A DNA stretch of 64,000 bases from an uncultured Verrucomicrobiaceae bacterium (GTDB lineage: Bacteria; Pseudomonadota; Gammaproteobacteria; Pseudomonadales; CAMLJR01): NCBI GenBank assembly GCA_964631955.1, contig CAZWBA010000014.1, positions 8,027-72,026 on the forward strand, written 5' to 3'. A model generated the notes under the pieces. That model worked only from the letters and a program-made list of their open reading frames with translations. It was not told the origin of the DNA and searched no databases. Below are positions 59,432-64,000 of the stretch, piece after piece. Position 1 is the stretch's first letter, and the number at the start of each line of letters is the position of its first letter. Position numbers and translations under genes: made by a program.

Positions 59432-60784
59432 TTACAAAATAAATTCCTGCGCCATTTCCGGCACGATCGCATCCCACTTGAAACGCGCTTCAATTTTTTG
59501 TCGCAGGCTATCTGCAGCGAGCGGTTCGCCGTGTGTGATGAAAACTTTTTTCGGCGGCTTTTCGAAATGCGTCAGCCACTGACAGATTTCGTTGTAATCG
59601 GCGTGCGCCGAAAGCTCCATCATCTGTTCGACTTCGCAATTGATGGGAACGTATTGGCCGAAAATTTTCAGCGTCGTCGAGCCGTTCAGCAGCGCATGGC
59701 CGCGCGTTCCCTCCGCCTGATAACCGGAAATGATCAGCGTGTTGCGATGGTTGGCGCCGAAGGCGCGCAAATGATGAAGAATGCGGCCGCCCGTCATCAT
59801 GCCCGCGCCCGCGATAATCACTTTGGGCGTCGTTTTTGCGCTGAGCCGTTTGGAGTCGTCGCGATCCCTCACATAGGTGACACCGTTGCACAGCGCGTCG
59901 CATTCCGCGCGGCTCAATCGATGGTCGGAACCGTAGCGGCAGAACACATCGGTGACATCGATGGCCATCGGGCTATCCAGAAAAAAGGGAATATCCGGAA
60001 TTTCACGCGCGGCGCGCAGCTGCGTCAGCAAATGCAACAGCTCCTGCGCTCGCCCCACCGCAAACGCGGGAATCATGACGACGCCGCCACGCGCGGCGGT
60101 GCGGGTGATGATTTCCTTCAGGCGTGTGCGCGGATCGTTGGTCGCATGCAGGCGGTTGCCGTAGGTCGATTCGACCACGAGAAAATCGGTATGCCGAATG
60201 GGCTCCGGTGCCTTCATGACCAGATCGGCCTGTCGACCCAGATCGCCGCTGAAGGTAATGGTTTTTCCGCCCGCTTCGATCTGCACGCACGATGCACCGA
60301 GAATATGGCCCGCCGGTGAAAAACGCACCTGCAGATCGCCGATGGCAAAACCGGCGTGATACGGCCGGGGTTCAAAAGAACGCAGGCTGCCCAGCGCCTC
60401 TTCCTCGGTGTACAACGGTTGCGCAGGGCGGTGCTTGGTGTAGCCGTGTTTATTGGCGCGCTGTGCATCGTCTTCCTGCAGGCGGCCGCTGTCGGGCAAT
60501 AGTATTTTCGCCAGTGCTTCGGTGGCGTGCGTGCAGTAGACCGGGCCTTTGAATCCTTCGCGAATGAGTCGCGGCAGATAGCCGCTGTGATCGAGATGCG
60601 CGTGCGTCAGTACCACTGCATCGATTTTTTCGGCGGGAAACGGCAGTGGCTGCCAGTTGCGCAGGCGCACATTTTTGACGCCCTGAAAGAGTCCGCAATC
60701 GATCAGCACCGAGGTGTTGCCGTGACGCAGCAAATAACGCGAGCCCGTCACCGTGCCAGCGGCGCCGAGGAATTGAATTTTCAT
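59432..60784 (-). CDS. beta-CASP metallo-beta-lactamase-fold RNA/DNA-processing nuclease
   Basis: 450-aa ORF; THAHLDHSGYLP motif; beta-CASP-length C-terminus ending with ...SAHAD... Confidence 0.85.
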   Translation of the reverse strand: MKIQFLGAAGTVTGSRYLLRHGNTSVLIDCGLFQGVKNVRLRNWQPLPFPAEKIDAVVLTHAHLDHSGYLPRLIREGFKGPVYCTHATEALAKILLPDSGRLQEDDAQRANKHGYTKHRPAQPLYTEEEALGSLRSFEPRPYHAGFAIGDLQVRFSPAGHILGASCVQIEAGGKTITFSGDLGRQADLVMKAPEPIRHTDFLVVESTYGNRLHATNDPRTRLKEIITRTAARGGVVMIPAFAVGRAQELLHLLTQLRAAREIPDIPFFLDSPMAIDVTDVFCRYGSDHRLSRAECDALCNGVTYVRDRDDSKRLSAKTTPKVIIAGAGMMTGGRILHHLRAFGANHRNTLIISGYQAEGTRGHALLNGSTTLKIFGQYVPINCEVEQMMELSAHADYNEICQWLTHFEKPPKKVFITHGEPLAADSLRQKIEARFKWDAIVPEMAQEFIL

Positions 60785-60793
60785 GCAGACTCC

Positions 60794-61774
60794 TTACGCC
60801 GGCGCCGGAGTGTGCGATGTCAGAAACGCATCCACGGCGGCGGCTATCACATCGCTCAAATCAATCGCATTGCTGTCGTGCGGAACGCTGTTCGTGGTCA
60901 CGATGCGATCGGCGCCTCCGGCGAGCAATTGTTCATAGGTGCTCAATGTTTTACCGGTATTTAATTTTTCGCAGGCACCTAATTTCTTTTCGACACTATC
61001 CGAAAATAATCCATGCGCGGCAACACAGACCGCAGGACGCATGCGCGCATGCCGCAGGTGCGCGAGGGTTTCGAGCAGCGTGTGCCCCGTGGAAATAATA
61101 TCGTCGACCAGCACCGGGGTGTGTCCGCGCCATTTTTCGACATCGGGTACGGACACCTGCACATCGTTATCGCCGCGCCGGATCTTGTTGAGAACAAGAA
61201 AGGGAGCGTCGGCCAGTCGTGCAACGGCCGATACCCATTGTTCGCTTTCGCTATCGGGTCCGATCAGCAACGGCTGGTCGACATGCTCTCGAATCCATCG
61301 CGCCATCGATGCCGTCGATGAAATTGCGCGCGCGGGTATCGAATAAATTTCGCCGAGTTCGCGATGACGATGCAGGTGCGGATCGACGGTAATCAGCCAG
61401 TCGAAATAGTGCGAAACCAGTTGCGCGAACAGACGCGAGCTGACCGCCTCGCCCTCGTGAAAACGGCAATCCTGGCGCATGTATGCAAGGTATGGCGCAA
61501 CGAGTCCGACGCTGCGCGCGCCCAGTTCCTTCAGCGTGGCGGCGCAGAATAACAGTGCCATGATTTTTCGGTCGGGTGCGTGCAGGCCGCATTGAATGAT
61601 CACATCGCGCTGCGCGCACGCGCTGAGTATGCGCACGTAACTTTCACCGTCGGGGAAATGCCGCACGCTGCATGCGCCGGGCTCCCATTGCGTGCACCGT
61701 TCCAGTCCGGTGCGCAGACCGGTGTTATCGTCGAGCGTCAGCAGCAGCGGCTTGGTCGATAGCGATGGTGTCAT
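60794..61774 (-). CDS. ribose-phosphate pyrophosphokinase-family (PRPP synthetase-like) protein
   Basis: 326-aa ORF; FPDGESYVRIL and PRPP loop VLVDDIISTGHTL. Confidence 0.8.
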   Translation of the reverse strand: MTPSLSTKPLLLTLDDNTGLRTGLERCTQWEPGACSVRHFPDGESYVRILSACAQRDVIIQCGLHAPDRKIMALLFCAATLKELGARSVGLVAPYLAYMRQDCRFHEGEAVSSRLFAQLVSHYFDWLITVDPHLHRHRELGEIYSIPARAISSTASMARWIREHVDQPLLIGPDSESEQWVSAVARLADAPFLVLNKIRRGDNDVQVSVPDVEKWRGHTPVLVDDIISTGHTLLETLAHLRHARMRPAVCVAAHGLFSDSVEKKLGACEKLNTGKTLSTYEQLLAGGADRIVTTNSVPHDSNAIDLSDVIAAAVDAFLTSHTPAPA

Positions 61775-63306
61775 TGCAATACCTCTTGCAATGTGAAAAC
61801 GCCGGGATGGCGGTGATAGTAGTCGAGCGCGTAGGCAAGCTCGCCCTTCGTTGCCGCATGCAGAGTGAATAGCGGTTCGCCGTGCGACAACCGATCGCCC
61901 ACGCGCGCATGCAGATACAGTCCCGCGGCCGGCGATGCCGGAGCGCCGGTCAGTTTCGCCAGCCTGGAGAGCACGCGGCTGTCGATATCGCGCACGTAGC
62001 CATCGTGCGCGGCGACGATCGGACGCTGATGCACGGCGGTGGGCGGCTCGCGCAGACCGCCCTGCGCCGCGCAGATCGCCTGAAATTTCTGCCAGGCGCG
62101 ACCGCTGTGCAGGGTGTGCTCGGCCAGCGCGCGGCCCTGCCCTTTCGCGATGCCGCCCATCTCCAGTAATACGCCGGCCAGATCGAGCGCCCGCGCGCGC
62201 AAATCCGCCGGTGCGTCCGCCGCGTTCTGAAATACCGCGAGCAGATCTCTCGCTTCTAACGCCGGACCTATGCCGCGCCCGACGGGTTTCGAACCATCCG
62301 ACAGATGGACGCGCACAGCGAGGCCCAGGCGCCGGCCCACCGTCACCAGCATGTCGGCCAGCGCCTCGCCTTTTTCGATGCTGCGAATCTTGGCCGTCGG
62401 TCCGACCGGAATATCGATGAGTACGGTGCTGGCGCCCGCCGCTATTTTTTTCGATAGCACCGACGCCACCAGCTGGCCTTCGCTATCGATATCGAGCACG
62501 CGTTCGACACGAATCAGAATGTCGTCGGCGGGGCTCAGGTTCACCGCACCGCCCCACACGATGCAGCCGCCTTCGCGCTCGACCACGCGGCGCATCGAGG
62601 CCAGATCGAGATCGACGGGTGCGAGTGTTTCCATCGTATCGGCGGTGCCGGCGGGCGAGGTGATGGCGCGCGAGGAGGTTTTGGGAATGCAGAAACCGTT
62701 GGCGGCGACAATCGCCACCACGAGCGGTGTGGTGCGATTGCCGGGCAGACCGCCGACGCAGTGTTTATCGAGCACGCAATCGTGCGCCCAGCTGAGGCGC
62801 TCGCTCGTCGCCACCATCGCTTCGGTCAGATACGCCACCTCGTCGATATCCAGACTGGTATTGGCGCATACCGTGATGAGCGAAGCCAGCTGCACGTCGC
62901 CGTACGAGCCGGCGACGACATCGCGAATGATGGTGTGCAGCGATTCGCGCGAGAAAGGCCTTCCGTACATCTTGGCGCGCACATCCGCCATCGATTCGAG
63001 CGTGGGCGCGTGCGTGATGGCAACGCAGTCGCCGGGTTTTGCGCCGAGCAGGGTCAGCGTGGCATCCGGCAGGCCGATGCTGTCCGCGGTCAATAATTCG
63101 TTATCGACGATGGCGAGCGTGGTGATGACGCGATTGCCGTTGAGTGCCAATTCGATACGCGACAGCACATTGAAGCCTTCCGCGCGGCAGACGTGGCAAT
63201 CGCGCCGCATGAATACAATCGCCTGATGGGTATCGATACCCATGCGCACGACGCGCAGCCGGTTGCTGTCCTGCCCTGTCAGATTGTGTTGACCGCACGA
63301 ACTCAT
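61771..63306 (-). CDS. thymidine/AMP phosphorylase-family protein with N-terminal extension domain
   Basis: Glycosyl-transferase family-3 core (DKHCVGGLPGNRTTPLVVAIV..., TSSRAITSPAGTADTME). Start reset to ATG 63306 (MSSCGQ...); 4-nt overlap with the PRPP-synthetase-like gene. Confidence 0.8.
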   Translation of the reverse strand: MSSCGQHNLTGQDSNRLRVVRMGIDTHQAIVFMRRDCHVCRAEGFNVLSRIELALNGNRVITTLAIVDNELLTADSIGLPDATLTLLGAKPGDCVAITHAPTLESMADVRAKMYGRPFSRESLHTIIRDVVAGSYGDVQLASLITVCANTSLDIDEVAYLTEAMVATSERLSWAHDCVLDKHCVGGLPGNRTTPLVVAIVAANGFCIPKTSSRAITSPAGTADTMETLAPVDLDLASMRRVVEREGGCIVWGGAVNLSPADDILIRVERVLDIDSEGQLVASVLSKKIAAGASTVLIDIPVGPTAKIRSIEKGEALADMLVTVGRRLGLAVRVHLSDGSKPVGRGIGPALEARDLLAVFQNAADAPADLRARALDLAGVLLEMGGIAKGQGRALAEHTLHSGRAWQKFQAICAAQGGLREPPTAVHQRPIVAAHDGYVRDIDSRVLSRLAKLTGAPASPAAGLYLHARVGDRLSHGEPLFTLHAATKGELAYALDYYHRHPGVFTLQEVLQ

Positions 63307-63637
63307 GGTTTCCTCATGGGAACATTCACCCTCAGATGAACAGCATCGCCGCCGTTCGATTTCGATATAAGTTGACCGGACGGCTGGCGAGTATATGTCC
63401 TGATATATTCGCTGCCCACTATCGAATGAATACCGCAAAAAATACCACGTTTCCCACAAATCAGCCCTGCATTGTCCGGACAAATAATGACCATTTTTCC
63501 TTGCACAACCCCCTTGCCGGGGTTATGCTGCGACGCCACGAAATTTCTTAAATTGTCCAGGGCTCTGGCCTTGTGTCGCTATCGACGTACAATCAATTCA
63601 ATTTCTACATACAACAAACGATGAGGTTATTCCAACC

Positions 63638-64000
63638 ATGGGCGTAAAAGTTTACGAACGCATCCTTGATCTCTTCGAAGCAGAAGACATCGATACCCTC
63701 TTCGGCATCCCCGACCCAAACTTCGTCCACTTGTTCGATGCGGCGGAAAGACGCGGCTGGAAAATCGTCACCCCGCACCATGAGCTTTCGGCAGGTTTCA
63801 TGGCTGAAGGCTATGCGCGCATGACCGGCAGACCGGCTGTGTGTATCGCAACGCTCGGCCCAGGCATCGCTCTGACTGCCGGCTCGATGATGAACTCGCT
63901 CGTTGAAAACTCGCCGGTCATTTACATCGGTGGTCAACGTGCTCGTATCACCGAGCAGCGCGTACGTCGCGGACGTATCCAGTTCGTACAGCAGAAAGCT
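63638..64000 (+). CDS. thiamine-pyrophosphate enzyme (acetolactate-synthase-like), 5' part only, runs off the window
   Basis: Not in the ORF track (open at the window edge). My translation: MGVKVYERILDLFEAEDIDTLFGIPDPNFVHLFDAAERRGWKIVTPHHELSAGFMAEGYARMTGRPAVCIATLGPG..., a typical TPP_enzyme_N domain. Confidence 0.8.
   Translation, partial: MGVKVYERILDLFEAEDIDTLFGIPDPNFVHLFDAAERRGWKIVTPHHELSAGFMAEGYARMTGRPAVCIATLGPGIALTAGSMMNSLVENSPVIYIGGQRARITEQRVRRGRIQFVQQKA

Noticed and set aside
63307-63483. 59-aa N-terminal extension of the phosphorylase-like ORF
   Set aside because: It has no similarity to the family and is a Cys/Arg-rich odd sequence. The ATG at 63306 gives the expected domain start.

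Overview
Origin-proximal chromosome of a probably gamma-proteobacterium, followed by a large accessory island.

Core (left): rsmG-mnmG, a TonB-receptor / binding-protein / hybrid-kinase trio, mnmE-yidC-yidD-rnpA-rpmH, then dnaA-dnaN-recF-gyrB.

Island: about 100 nt after gyrB the sequence turns visibly AT-rich. A mosaic island of about 28-33 kb follows. It has no integrase, only a Tn7-like tnsA-tnsB-tnsC-tniQ (TnsD-like) module. Contents, in order:
- a complete type III CBASS: CapP/CapH regulators, CdnC-like CD-NTase, HORMA, TRIP13, NucC
- a GIY-YIG-like protein
- a stand-alone HEPN/RES-NTD + RES protein
- a type IIG/IIL restriction-modification fusion
- an rtcR / rsr / four tandem tRNA-like Y RNAs / rtcB / rtcA RNA-repair locus with a sigma54 promoter
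- an alpha/beta-hydrolase + HEAT-repeat protein
- an uncharacterised four-gene cassette: unknown, HhH-GPD glycosylase-like, kinase remnant, HD hydrolase
- a Fic protein flanked by two diverged ParD-like paralogues
- a NERD + SF1 helicase

Core (right): GC-rich sequence resumes with a cold-shock-DUF1294 protein, a hydrolase, a large autotransporter, MgtC/DUF4010 and a beta-CASP / PRPP-synthetase-like / AMP(thymidine)-phosphorylase-like trio. A TPP enzyme runs off the right edge.

Best candidates for something undescribed:
- the glycosylase-like/HD cassette
- the RM-IIG + RES pair with the neighbouring GIY-YIG-like gene
- the hydrolase-HEAT protein
- a complete Ro/Y-RNA/Rtc module riding inside a Tn7-family defence island apparently targeted downstream of gyrB

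All family calls rest on motifs read by eye. No database search was run.
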